From Bacteroidota bacterium (GTDB lineage Bacteria > Bacteroidota > Ignavibacteria > Kryptoniales > JAKASW01), in contig JAJZVO010000019.1 in the NCBI GenBank assembly GCA_021845665.1, forward strand, positions 919 through 64,918: a stretch of DNA of 64,000 nucleotides, given 5' to 3'. The first letter of the stretch is position 1, and the number at the start of each line of letters is the position of its first letter. This document shows positions 28,783-38,960 of the stretch, in pieces. The position numbers and the translations under genes are program-made. The notes under the pieces were generated by a model. It was not told the DNA's origin. It did no database searches and saw only the letters and a program-made list of their open reading frames with translations.

Positions 28783-30087
28783 CTATTGCGCGAGTGCTTC
28801 CCTGTCTTTCTTCGAGACGTACGAGTTATAACCGATCATCAGTATCGTTGCTACGACTCCTATGGCGGTAAGGACGAGCCATATGGCGGTTGGTTGTCCA
28901 AGGACGCGAACTTCGCCGGCGGTTCTGACAAGCAGCCCTTTTGTCGTCGTCGCATAAAGCCATGCCCCGAAAGTCCCTCCGATGAACCATGCGATCGCAA
29001 TCGGAAGGAACGCATAACCCTGGAACAGGGCTTCCTGGCCTTTCGGGGCGTGATCGGCAATGTATTCATAATATCTCGGCGCCTGAGTCATTTCGCCGAT
29101 AGACCAAACCACAAGAGCCGCCACTATCATCCAGATGGTTGGATGAATGGCGATAACAAGCCACGTCAAGGTTGAGACAGCGAAGCCGACCACGATGGAG
29201 GTCACCGGCGGCAGTTTGCGCGTAATCCTGTTCACGAGAACCTGCAAGACAATTATCGCCCATGCGTCGACCGATTCTATCAGCTCGAACGGAGCGCTCT
29301 TGGAAATGAAATCGGTCACATACATCGGTATGATTACGAAAGTCTGCCAGAACATTATCCAATAGAGTGAAAATATCAAAAGGAAAACCATGAACCTCCC
29401 GTTGACGAGGACCCTGGCCATGTCCGCGAGCTTCTTGCCGAGCCCCGGTTGATCCATCGCGAGCTGAGCTTCCGGTGTTTTATAAAAAACTATAGTTCCC
29501 AGAAACATGAGTCCGCAAGAAGTAGCGGAGACCATGTACACTGATTCGATGCCTATGCGCTCCCGGAAGAAATATGCGATGAGAGGTCCGATGGCGCCTC
29601 CGACATTTACGAGCATGTAGTAGATTGCGTAGCCGAGAGATTTATTTTGCGGAGTTGTCGAGAGCGCGATCGTACCAAGCACGGACGGCTTGATGAAGGA
29701 TTCCCCGATGGCTGTGAATATGAGAAGGATCGCAAGGAGCCAGAATAGAGGAATGATGTGCGCGACCCCGGCAAGCAGCGGCGTCCCGACGGAACCGATC
29801 AGGAAGTAGCCCACCATCATGACGAGAAATGCAAAAGAAAAGGCCTTTCGGAAACCATACTTGTCCGCGAACGTCCCGGCGAAAATTGGAAGGAGATAAA
29901 CGAATCCGCCGAATATCGAGGAGAGGGCACCGGAATCGATCTCGCTGAACTTAAGGTGGTTGCGGAGGAAAATTATCATTACGACCTGTTGCGCGTAGTA
30001 GGCGAGACGCTCAAAAAGCTCCAACGTGTTAGCGACCCAGAAAGAGCGATGGAAATTTCGAAACAGCTGCTTGAGGCGAGAGGTCAT
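28783..30087 (-). CDS. MFS transporter, POT/peptide-transporter-like
   Basis: ELFERLAYY (ExxERxxYY), ADKYGFRK, FIKPSV, YYMLVNVGG. Confidence 0.88.
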   Translation of the reverse strand: MTSRLKQLFRNFHRSFWVANTLELFERLAYYAQQVVMIIFLRNHLKFSEIDSGALSSIFGGFVYLLPIFAGTFADKYGFRKAFSFAFLVMMVGYFLIGSVGTPLLAGVAHIIPLFWLLAILLIFTAIGESFIKPSVLGTIALSTTPQNKSLGYAIYYMLVNVGGAIGPLIAYFFRERIGIESVYMVSATSCGLMFLGTIVFYKTPEAQLAMDQPGLGKKLADMARVLVNGRFMVFLLIFSLYWIMFWQTFVIIPMYVTDFISKSAPFELIESVDAWAIIVLQVLVNRITRKLPPVTSIVVGFAVSTLTWLVIAIHPTIWMIVAALVVWSIGEMTQAPRYYEYIADHAPKGQEALFQGYAFLPIAIAWFIGGTFGAWLYATTTKGLLVRTAGEVRVLGQPTAIWLVLTAIGVVATILMIGYNSYVSKKDREALAQ

Positions 30088-30169
30088 TTTGTCAGTCCTG
30101 GAATTAGTTGTTGTGATGTCCTGCGAGACAGTTCCATGGGATTGGAGCAAAAGTTAGCAATATTTGTCC

Positions 30170-30197
30170 AATATAATACAAAACCGTGCACCCTCAA
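30170..30197 (-). promoter_or_regulatory. Putative sigma70 promoter for MFS gene (TTGAGG-N16-TATATT)
   Basis: Read directly. Confidence 0.4.
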
Positions 30198-30721
30198 GCG
30201 TAACTGCTCAGTTAAGGACTTTTTCAAAACTCATCCCTTTCCTTAAGAAGAGGTTATCTCCAAAGTAGCCATCCGATGAATCGGACGGATGCCAACAGCG
30301 TGTCCCAATAAGTTGAACCTGGCTTACCTGAACATGGGGTGTGCGACAAAAATATAACGCACCATCGGCATCCATTAGAAATGGACGCCTGTGAAGGTGC
30401 CCGAAACCACGAATGGGGTTTTGAGACTTTTTGAGCCGTTCATTTTAATGAATGGCGATAGTTTCACAAATTTGTCGCAGACCCCTGAACATGTTTTGAG
30501 AGGTGTCGATTTCAATCGATACCACTGTCGGGATGGCCTGAAAGGATGGGGGCGCAGTTCGCCAAGAGCCATCGCTGAGCGGTTGCCCCAAAGTTGCAGA
30601 AACAGGATCATAGTTTGGTGCGATTGGCGGTCCCTCTCATTTTGTTTGTCATTTCTTCCTGTAAAAAGAGATGATTACCTGTTAAATTGTCGAAAATCTA
30701 CGTAAGGAGCTTTTTAGATAA

Positions 30722-31936
30722 ATGCCTCATGTCCCGTTCCATCTATATTTCATCTTGTTATTCCTTCTGATCGTCGGAGGGCAAGTCTTGATGTACCTTC
30801 TTGCATCACGATTCCTTTCCGGCAAAGGAGTGGGAAAACAATTCATAAAGACGTACCTTCCTATCATATTCGTCGTAATAAACACGCCGCTCTTTCTCAC
30901 TCGTATCGATCCAGACTTATTTTATTATCCCGGTTTCGTGAGAACGTTCATCATGATGCCGTTCTTTGCCTACCAGACAATGAGTCTCGCAGTAGTTCTG
31001 ACTACAGTTGTCGTTTACATCGTCCGAATAGTGCTAAGGATCTGGAAGCGATCGGTAAAGGAATCTGCCGGCGAGATATCGCCCGATCCGATTTTGAAGT
31101 CACGCCGCTCGTTCATCAGGAAAGGCGCGGTCGGTCTCGGCGCGTACGCGTTCGTCGGTTCACTCCACAGCATCTATGACAGGGGCGACTATAAGATCGA
31201 CCGAGTGACGATCACCCTGAAAAATCTTCCTGCAAAACTGGACGGGCTTACAATATCGATGATAAGCGATATCCACTCTGGGCTTTACATGCTTGAGGAC
31301 GACATGCTAAAGTACGCCGACGCGGTGAACCAGCTTAAGGCTGACATGATCTTCATCCCCGGTGACTTTGTCACGAGCAAGAACAACGAAGTTCTCCCAC
31401 TGGCCAAAGCGTTCTCGGGATTGAAATCGAAATATGGTACATATGCCTGTCTCGGCAATCATGATTTCTTCGCGAACCCCGCTTACATTACCGAGAAGCT
31501 CCGGGAGCACGGGATGAATGTATTGAGAAACGAAACCGATGAACTGGAAATCGAAGGTGTAAGACTGATGTTGTCCGGGGTCGACGACGGACGGCATGCC
31601 AACTTCCCGAAAGTCTCATACGAAGCTGATTCACTGGATACGACAAGGATTCTCCTCTGTCACAAGCCGTACTATCTGGAGAACGCAGTGGCGGGAGGAT
31701 TCGATCTTATGTTGAGCGGACATACTCATGGCGGTCAAATAGTGTTTCTCGATCTCTTCGGCGAGAAGATTACCCCTGCTGCGCTGGTTTCACCTTATGT
31801 GTCCGGCAAATACAGGATGGGAAAGACTCATATGTACGTGAGCCGCGGGATTGGAACCGTCGGACTTCCGATCAGGGTGAATTGTCCGCCGGAGGTAACG
31901 CTCTTCACGCTCCGCTCGGAGTCGAAACACAGATGA
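30722..31936 (+). CDS. Membrane-anchored metallophosphoesterase (YkuE-like)
   Basis: SDIH, PGDFV, LGNHD, LLCH.P, SGHTHGGQ, VSRGIG. Confidence 0.92.
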   Translation: MPHVPFHLYFILLFLLIVGGQVLMYLLASRFLSGKGVGKQFIKTYLPIIFVVINTPLFLTRIDPDLFYYPGFVRTFIMMPFFAYQTMSLAVVLTTVVVYIVRIVLRIWKRSVKESAGEISPDPILKSRRSFIRKGAVGLGAYAFVGSLHSIYDRGDYKIDRVTITLKNLPAKLDGLTISMISDIHSGLYMLEDDMLKYADAVNQLKADMIFIPGDFVTSKNNEVLPLAKAFSGLKSKYGTYACLGNHDFFANPAYITEKLREHGMNVLRNETDELEIEGVRLMLSGVDDGRHANFPKVSYEADSLDTTRILLCHKPYYLENAVAGGFDLMLSGHTHGGQIVFLDLFGEKITPAALVSPYVSGKYRMGKTHMYVSRGIGTVGLPIRVNCPPEVTLFTLRSESKHR

Positions 31937-31950
31937 AGAGATATTTCTAA

Positions 31951-34026
31951 ATGCGCCTGATATCCAAGCTGTTTGTATTTGCTTCATCGCTGTTCATAAT
32001 ACTCTACGGGGTTCTGTCCGGATTTTTCAAAGTCGAAGGGACATTCATTGCGAGCTACGTAGCCGGAAGGAACCTGCTTCAAGGATTGAACCCGGTCCTG
32101 CTCTATCAGTTTCCTTTCTTTCAGAAACTGATAGGCGTAAGCGGCCTCACTGAGAAAATCATTTCGTTTGTGGGAGCGACTCCATCTTCCATCGCTGCGG
32201 ACGCGTTCCTTGCCTTCCCTCCGGTAATGATGGCCCGGATTCTTTTGACGGCGGCAAATATCGTCGCATTCGTCATGCTGGTTCACGCCACTGCGAAGGT
32301 CGTGGGTACTTCGAACAAGACCACGTACCTGGTTTTCTTAAGCACTTCATTTGCACTTGCGTCGAATTTTCAGGCGGGCGAGCCTTTCATAATTCTGACT
32401 CTCCTGTTCGTTCTCGCATTTTATGCGTTCTCCCTCGGAAGGATAGCCGCCTGCGGAGTTTTTATCGGGCTCGCTTTCCCTTTCAATATGATTTTTGTTT
32501 TGCCTGCACTTCTTTTTCTCCTAGCGGCCAAATGGAGGGTTTTCACTTATTTCTTAATGACCGCAATCTTATTGCTTGCTGTCACGTACCTGGTGGTCGG
32601 GAATTCGACATTCGTTTTCTACTATCAGCGGATAGTTACTGCATATCTCAATGGAAGAGTGCTCGATCCATTTTCGGACACATTTCAAACGGCATGGTCT
32701 TTTCTAAGAAGAATGTTCTTGTTCAACGAGACTTTGAATCCCAATCCTCTTTTGAAATCCGCTCCTGCTTTTCTCATGGCCAGTTCGTTCTTCAAGGCTT
32801 CGGTGGTAGTTCCAGGAGCATATTTCTTTTACAAGGGCGTATCGATGGCCAAGCCGCGCGAGGCTCTTGTCGCCGCCACGTTCCCGGTACTTCTCCTCCT
32901 CCCTGTGTTCACCCCCGCAGAGCTCGTGATGCTGGCGCCGGCGATCGTGGCAATCGTTCAGTCCGCGACGGAAGAGGGACGAACAAGGATTGCCGGTATA
33001 TTCCTGGTTCTCTACGCTCTAGCGTGTATTCCTTTTTACTTGTTCGAAGGCAAATTCGGAGGGGTGTGGAGCATATTTCTAAACTACGAATGTTTCATTC
33101 TCCTATTCGCCATTTACTTTCTCTATCTCGTTTTTCAGAGCCGCGTCGTTCCGCGGCACCTCCGCTATTTCCGAATGATCCTGACCGGCGTCATCGTCTG
33201 TGCCGTAGCTACTACACTATATCTCGGAGACCGTTTCGTCCAGCGTCCCGTGAATCCAGCACTCGTGCCCGCGCTATCGGCATCTGCCCTCGAGGTAACA
33301 TCCTTCAGCCCTGGTCTCTACTCGGGCAGGCTGACATATATAACCGTAGATTCATCGACGGAGACTTTCAGACCGGCGGGTATCGATCCTGAACAGTTGC
33401 CTTCGGAGAATTTTTTCAGTTATAACTCCGGCGAGATCGGTGATAATTATGCGATGGAGACGGCGAGGAACGGCCGCGCGGTCGTTTACTTCAAGGCTCG
33501 CTCGGCCCGGGCGATTTACCCGGGGTACGAGCCGCGGATCAGCGCCGACGAAGATTATGGGGCTTATATCAGGCAAGGTAAAATCTTCGTGCTTGACCTT
33601 GATCCCCGATACATAGCCAGATTGGATTCCATATCGGTTCTTCCTTACAAGATCATAGCATGTTCGTTCAATGCCGACAAGAACAATGAGATCGACTTCA
33701 TCATCGACTCCTTGAACGAGTCATACGCATTGGCGGCTTACAATTTGTTCAACCGTAATACATCAATATATCCCATTCCGTTCAGGCCAAGCCGTTTCTG
33801 TATCGTCGGTGATACGGTGTATGCTACTCAAATTGTGGCGGACTCCACGGCATTCTGGCAGATAATCGAGAACGAATCTCCTCGGCCCCTTTTTGCCATC
33901 CATGGCAACATTTACGACGTAACATGTTTGAACGGCGCGATCTACCTGTCTTCGGATTACGAAAGGGGAATTGAGAACCCGACGGTCTACAGGTATTTGA
34001 GAAACCGTGTCCTTCCCGCCCGCTGA
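31951..34026 (+). CDS. GT87/DUF2029-like polytopic glycosyltransferase with extra C-terminal soluble domain
   Basis: ~430 aa multi-TM region (NFQAGEPFII, NQ/NETL loops) followed by ~260 aa beta-rich domain. Confidence 0.6.
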   Translation: MRLISKLFVFASSLFIILYGVLSGFFKVEGTFIASYVAGRNLLQGLNPVLLYQFPFFQKLIGVSGLTEKIISFVGATPSSIAADAFLAFPPVMMARILLTAANIVAFVMLVHATAKVVGTSNKTTYLVFLSTSFALASNFQAGEPFIILTLLFVLAFYAFSLGRIAACGVFIGLAFPFNMIFVLPALLFLLAAKWRVFTYFLMTAILLLAVTYLVVGNSTFVFYYQRIVTAYLNGRVLDPFSDTFQTAWSFLRRMFLFNETLNPNPLLKSAPAFLMASSFFKASVVVPGAYFFYKGVSMAKPREALVAATFPVLLLLPVFTPAELVMLAPAIVAIVQSATEEGRTRIAGIFLVLYALACIPFYLFEGKFGGVWSIFLNYECFILLFAIYFLYLVFQSRVVPRHLRYFRMILTGVIVCAVATTLYLGDRFVQRPVNPALVPALSASALEVTSFSPGLYSGRLTYITVDSSTETFRPAGIDPEQLPSENFFSYNSGEIGDNYAMETARNGRAVVYFKARSARAIYPGYEPRISADEDYGAYIRQGKIFVLDLDPRYIARLDSISVLPYKIIACSFNADKNNEIDFIIDSLNESYALAAYNLFNRNTSIYPIPFRPSRFCIVGDTVYATQIVADSTAFWQIIENESPRPLFAIHGNIYDVTCLNGAIYLSSDYERGIENPTVYRYLRNRVLPAR

Positions 34027-34210
34027 CACAGCGGGATTAAATCGCGGCGAGGTTATGCTCGACTTCATAAGGCGACCGGCAGCGACAGATTACATCGACG
34101 GGACATAAGTCGAGCGAGCCAGGATGGCTGCATTTGATACTGTCAATCCCTGCCATCGGCGATACTCGGGTACCATTCGGTGGTGCGACCCGCAAAACGG
34201 CTCAGAAACC

Positions 34211-34239
34211 TTGATTTTCTTCACATCTGCTGATATATT
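34211..34239 (+). promoter_or_regulatory. Putative sigma70 promoter for nucleoside salvage operon (TTGATT-N17-TGaTATATT), leaderless
   Basis: ATG of cdd 7 nt after -10; no SD. Confidence 0.6.
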
Positions 34240-34246
34240 TTCTTAA

Positions 34247-34669
34247 ATGTCACAGAAAACCACTCCTTCTTTAACCGATTTGATATCAGCTGCTGATGAA
34301 GCCAGAAAGAAATCGGGAGCCAGGTTTTCACATTTCAGAGTCGGGGCGGCGATACAGACAGAATCCGGGAAAATCTACTCAGCCTTCAACATCGAGTCGA
34401 GCAGCTACGGTTTGTCGATGTGTGCCGAGCGAATCGCAGTCTGGTCGGCGATAAACGACGGCGTATCACAATTCACTCGCATCGCGATCGTTTCAGACGC
34501 AAATGATTTTTGTACACCTTGCGGGGCATGCCGTCAAGTCGTGTATGAGCTGGCCGGCGATATCGAAATATTCTTGACCAACAAGAAGGGAGAAGTCAGG
34601 AGCTACCGACTTTCCTCGCTTATCCCGGAAGCTTTTACATCAAAGACACTGCTTAATGGAAGAGATTAG
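34247..34669 (+). CDS. cdd: Cytidine deaminase (tetrameric type)
   Basis: FRVGAA, CAER, PCGACRQ. Confidence 0.93.
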   Translation: MSQKTTPSLTDLISAADEARKKSGARFSHFRVGAAIQTESGKIYSAFNIESSSYGLSMCAERIAVWSAINDGVSQFTRIAIVSDANDFCTPCGACRQVVYELAGDIEIFLTNKKGEVRSYRLSSLIPEAFTSKTLLNGRD

Positions 34670-35231
34670 TTTACATTACGCGCCGCGCGAAACGGGCTGG
34701 ATAGAAATCATCTGCGGATGCATGTTCAGCGGAAAGACCGAAGAGTTGATCCGGCGGCTGAGGCGCGCCGAGATCGCGAGACAGAACCTCGCGATATTCA
34801 AACCCAGAATTGATAAGAGATACAGCGACGACCACATAGTATCACACAGCGACGAGAGACTGAAGTCGATAGTGGTCGATTCTGCCGCCGAGATTTTATC
34901 TCTCTCAGCCGGGGCGCAGGTTGTCGGCATAGACGAGGGCCAATTCTTCGGGCCAGAGCTCGTCGATGTTTGCGAGTCGCTCGCGACCGCAGGAAAGAGG
35001 GTGATCGTAGCGGGACTCGATCAGGACTTTCGCGGAAAACCATTTGAGCCGATTCCTCAGCTCCTGGCTGTGGCCGAGTATATAACGAAGACTCTCGCCA
35101 TATGTGTGGTTTGCGGAAATCCGGCTGACAGGACACAGCGCAAGACGCACCAAGGTGAGCGAGTCCTTGTGGGCGCGAAGGACATTTACGAAGCCCGTTG
35201 CCGGAAGTGCTTCGTCCCCCCTCCCGATTGA
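34656..35231 (+). CDS. tdk: Thymidine kinase
   Basis: GCMFSGKTEEL, IDEGQFF, AGLDQDF, Zn-site CVVC...CRKC. Confidence 0.95.
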   Translation: MEEISLHYAPRETGWIEIICGCMFSGKTEELIRRLRRAEIARQNLAIFKPRIDKRYSDDHIVSHSDERLKSIVVDSAAEILSLSAGAQVVGIDEGQFFGPELVDVCESLATAGKRVIVAGLDQDFRGKPFEPIPQLLAVAEYITKTLAICVVCGNPADRTQRKTHQGERVLVGAKDIYEARCRKCFVPPPD

Positions 35232-35296
35232 AATTAGACGGAAGAACCAGACCGCCACCAACGGATTCGAGACTATTCTTATCACAGGAGTTAAGT

Positions 35297-36322
35297 ATGA
35301 AAAAATTCATATCCGCTTTCCTCTCGATACTCGTCCTGACAGGCTCTACTCTTCTATTTGAATCATGCGGGAAGAGCCAGCCGAGCGCCCCTCCGAACAG
35401 CGAAGTAGGACTCGTATTCGATGTCGGTGGACGAGGCGATAAGTCGTTCAACGATCAGGCGTATCGGGGTTTGATGATGGCCAAGGACAGTCTCGGGATC
35501 AAGTATCAGTACATCGAGCCAGGCGGCGGCTCCGACCGGGAATCGGCACTCAGGCAGCTTGCGAATCAAAAAAGCATCGGTCTCATCTTCGGCGTCGGAT
35601 TCATCTTCACGGACGACATTAATCAAGTCGCAAGAGCTTTCCCGGACAAAAAGTTCGCATGCATAGATTATACTTATGACTCGACGAAGGCGGTTCCGAA
35701 GAACGTGATCCCCATCGAATTCAGGGAAAACGAAGGCTCGTTTCTCGTCGGCGCAATCGCGGGAATGATGACGAAGACTAACATGGTAGGCTTCATCGGC
35801 GGTATGGAGTCACCATTGATTAGAAAATTCCAGGTCGGCTATCAGGCAGGTGTCAAGTATGTAAATCCGAAGTGTAAAGTCCTGGTTGCCTACGCAGGAG
35901 TAACCGGAGACGCGTTCAAGAATCCGGCAAAGGGAAAGGAACTCGCACTAGCCCAGTACTCACAAGGTGCCGACATAATATTTCACGCTGCGGGCGTAAC
36001 CGGGCTTGGGGTTTTTGATGCGGCGCGCGAGATGAAGAAGTATGCCATCGGAGTGGACATGGATCAGTGGAACGAAGCTCCCGGGTACGTGCTTACGAGC
36101 ATGGTAAAGAAAGGGGACGTCGCAGTGTACGATATCATAAAAGAGTGGAAGGAAGGGAAATTCGACGGCGGGAGACCGAGGGTATTCGGACTGAAGGACA
36201 ATGGCGTCGATTTTGTATACGACAAAGAAAACAAACCTTTGATCCCGGAGAAGGTTTATAAGAAGGTGGAACAGTTGCGGGAAGACATCATCGAGAGAAA
36301 GATCAACGTTCCGAATGACTAA
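35297..36322 (+). CDS. BMP-family nucleoside ABC substrate-binding lipoprotein
   Basis: Lipobox LFESC, GGRGDKSFND, GADIIFHAAG..GLG, IGVDMDQ, TSMVK. Confidence 0.92.
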   Translation: MKKFISAFLSILVLTGSTLLFESCGKSQPSAPPNSEVGLVFDVGGRGDKSFNDQAYRGLMMAKDSLGIKYQYIEPGGGSDRESALRQLANQKSIGLIFGVGFIFTDDINQVARAFPDKKFACIDYTYDSTKAVPKNVIPIEFRENEGSFLVGAIAGMMTKTNMVGFIGGMESPLIRKFQVGYQAGVKYVNPKCKVLVAYAGVTGDAFKNPAKGKELALAQYSQGADIIFHAAGVTGLGVFDAAREMKKYAIGVDMDQWNEAPGYVLTSMVKKGDVAVYDIIKEWKEGKFDGGRPRVFGLKDNGVDFVYDKENKPLIPEKVYKKVEQLREDIIERKINVPND

Positions 36323-36334
36323 GCGCGACGCCCA

Positions 36335-37870
36335 ATGCTCTACGCGGTAGAACTTCTCAACATCACGAAGCGATTTGCCCGGACGGTCGCTAACGATAAA
36401 GTCACATTGAGAGTACAATCCGGTTCGATCCATGCACTCGTAGGTGAGAACGGCGCCGGCAAGACAACCCTTATGGAGACGCTGTACGGACTTTACCAGC
36501 CCGACGAGGGAACGATAAGGATTCACGAGAAAGAAGTCTCCATAAGATCCCCCCACGATTCGATACGCCATGGGATCGGCATGGTCCACCAGCACTTCAT
36601 GCTGGTAGGGCCGATGACGGTATTGGAGAACATCATCCTTGGGGCCGAGACCACTCGCTATTCCCTGCTCGACTTTAAGAAGACCACTGCCGAGATATCG
36701 GAGCTTGCCGGACGGTTTTCACTCACTGTCCCCCTGAGCGAGAAAGTCGAAAGTATCGGTGTAGGCGTTCAGCAACGGGTAGAGATACTCAAAGCGATCT
36801 ACAGGAAAGCCGACATCCTCGTCCTCGACGAACCGACGGCAGTCCTTACTCCGCAGGAGGCCACCCAGCTTTTCAGGATACTCTTTGAACTGAAAGAGGA
36901 AGGAAAGACCATCGTTCTGATCACGCATAAGCTCAGCGAAGTAATGGCAGTAAGCGATCACGTGTCCGTCATGCGAAAGGGAAAAATAGCCGGAGAGGTG
37001 GAGACCTCATTGACAACACCCGAGCAGCTTGCCGAGATGATGGTCGGCAGGCGAATACTACTCAGGGTCGAAAAGACCGAGAAGAAATCGGGCGATCCCG
37101 TACTTGCAGTAAATAAATTGTCCTGCATTGACAAACGCGGCGTCAACGTTCTGAACAACATTTCGCTCGAAGTATCTTCGGGTGAAATACTCGGAATCGC
37201 GGGCGTAGAAGGTAACGGTCAGTCTCAACTGATCGAGTGTATCACCGGATTGTTGAAGCCAACTTCCGGATCAATAACCATCGACGGGATGCAGATCGCC
37301 GGGTTGAGCCCGAAGGAAGTCTTTGCTCGTGGGCTGGCACACGTCCCTGAAGACCGCATCAAGCGAGGGCTCGTCGTAGAAATGGATGTGGCCGAGAACC
37401 TCATACTTGGATTGCACATGCAGAAGGAGTTCGGTTCGAGGCTTTCGATGAACCGAAAAGCGATTGCCCAAAATGCCCACCTGCTCATCACAAAATACGA
37501 CATCCGTCCCATGAACCCGGAGGCACTCGCCCGCGGCCTTTCGGGGGGTAATCAACAAAAAGTGATCTTAGCGAGAGAGCTCTCGCGAAACGCGCAGATT
37601 ATTGTGGCGAGCCAGCCGACACGCGGCGTGGACATCGGCGGGATAGAGTTCATACACAGGACACTGGTCCAGGCGCGGGATGCCGGGAAAGCGATCCTCA
37701 TGATTTCCGCGGATCTCAACGAAATACTTAGTCTCTCTGACCGCATCGCGGTCATGTATGGGGGGCAGATCGTGAAAGTTTTTCCGGACAACAAGGTAAA
37801 AGAAAGCGAACTGGGGCTTTATATGACGGGTTCGAGAGGGAATTCCGCCCAGAGGGCATCAGATGGCTGA
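36335..37870 (+). CDS. Nucleoside ABC transporter ATP-binding protein (tandem ABC)
   Basis: GENGAGKT, LDEPTAVL, HVPEDR, LSGGNQQK, QPTRGVD. Confidence 0.93.
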   Translation: MLYAVELLNITKRFARTVANDKVTLRVQSGSIHALVGENGAGKTTLMETLYGLYQPDEGTIRIHEKEVSIRSPHDSIRHGIGMVHQHFMLVGPMTVLENIILGAETTRYSLLDFKKTTAEISELAGRFSLTVPLSEKVESIGVGVQQRVEILKAIYRKADILVLDEPTAVLTPQEATQLFRILFELKEEGKTIVLITHKLSEVMAVSDHVSVMRKGKIAGEVETSLTTPEQLAEMMVGRRILLRVEKTEKKSGDPVLAVNKLSCIDKRGVNVLNNISLEVSSGEILGIAGVEGNGQSQLIECITGLLKPTSGSITIDGMQIAGLSPKEVFARGLAHVPEDRIKRGLVVEMDVAENLILGLHMQKEFGSRLSMNRKAIAQNAHLLITKYDIRPMNPEALARGLSGGNQQKVILARELSRNAQIIVASQPTRGVDIGGIEFIHRTLVQARDAGKAILMISADLNEILSLSDRIAVMYGGQIVKVFPDNKVKESELGLYMTGSRGNSAQRASDG

Positions 37871-38960
37871 TCCGGTAAAAAGCAGGAAGCATTGGCTCGA
37901 ACATCCGGCTACACAGAATTTCCTCATACCGATTCTTGCGGTGATACTGTCTTTTGGGGTCGGTGCGATATTCATACTGATTGTGGGCCAAAACCCGTTC
38001 CAGGTCTACTCGGTTCTTTTTTCGCAGACACTTGGTACTTCTTACGGTGTGGGCCAGCTTCTTTTCAAAACGACGCCTCTCATCTTCGCGGGGTTGTCCG
38101 TCGCGATATGTTTCAAGGCAGGATTGTTCAACATTGGCGCCGAGGGACAGCTGCAGCTCGGAGCGTTCATGACGGCGCTCGTGGGGATGTACACCGTCGG
38201 CGTGCCTGCGTTCCTTGAAATTCCTCTCCTGATTTTGGCAGGAATGGTAGGCGGAGGTATCTGGGGATTCATTCCCGGCTACCTGAAAGCGAAGACCGGA
38301 GCACATGAAGTTATCAACACGATAATGCTGAACTTCATCGCAGCCGCCCTCGTCAGCTTCTTCGTGACCAACCTTTTCAACGTGCCGGCAACCGTTCACA
38401 CGCCGGACATCGCCCCGACGGGAAGGATACCTCGTTTCGACACGATCTTTTCAAGCTTCTCCGGTTCGCCCGTGAATTTCTCCATACTGATAGCGGTTCT
38501 TGCCGCATTCGCCGTGTGGTACTATGTGGATAAAACGAGATACGGTTATGAGCTGCGAGTGGCAGGACTCAATTCCAAAGCTGCCGAGTACAGCGGCATC
38601 AGCGTTTCAAAGAACATAATACTGAGTATGACCATCGGAGGCGCCATCGCAGGTCTGGTCGGCACGAACTACGTGATGGGCTACAAATACTATTTCGAGG
38701 AGGGGTTTTCTACCGGGACAGGCTTCATGGGAATTGCCGTAGCGCTTCTTGGAAACAACAATCCGTTCGGAGTAATACTCGCGGCGCTCCTTTTCGGGAT
38801 GCTCGAATACGGAGGCCTTGTCATCAACACCATGGTTCCTAAGGAACTCGTGAGCATACTGCAGGCGATAGTGATAATATTTGTCATATCGTCGAACAAA
38901 ATATTCAGAAAGATAGTTGTGAATTTTCTGAAGAAGAGGACATTGAGGGTAAATGATTAG
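37863..38960 (+). CDS. Nucleoside ABC permease 1
   Basis: GLFNIGAEGQ, GAHEVINTIMLN, GFMGIAVALLG. Confidence 0.92.
   Translation: MADPVKSRKHWLEHPATQNFLIPILAVILSFGVGAIFILIVGQNPFQVYSVLFSQTLGTSYGVGQLLFKTTPLIFAGLSVAICFKAGLFNIGAEGQLQLGAFMTALVGMYTVGVPAFLEIPLLILAGMVGGGIWGFIPGYLKAKTGAHEVINTIMLNFIAAALVSFFVTNLFNVPATVHTPDIAPTGRIPRFDTIFSSFSGSPVNFSILIAVLAAFAVWYYVDKTRYGYELRVAGLNSKAAEYSGISVSKNIILSMTIGGAIAGLVGTNYVMGYKYYFEEGFSTGTGFMGIAVALLGNNNPFGVILAALLFGMLEYGGLVINTMVPKELVSILQAIVIIFVISSNKIFRKIVVNFLKKRTLRVND

Noticed and set aside
30264-30390. Two small GCATCC-containing hairpins resembling REP elements
   Set aside because: Not repeated elsewhere in the window and no RAYT transposase seen
34057-34115. 9-bp inverted repeat upstream of cdd operon as purine/2'-dG riboswitch
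   Set aside because: Lacks the UUUCUAC and CCGUAAA cores and lies upstream of the apparent leaderless promoter
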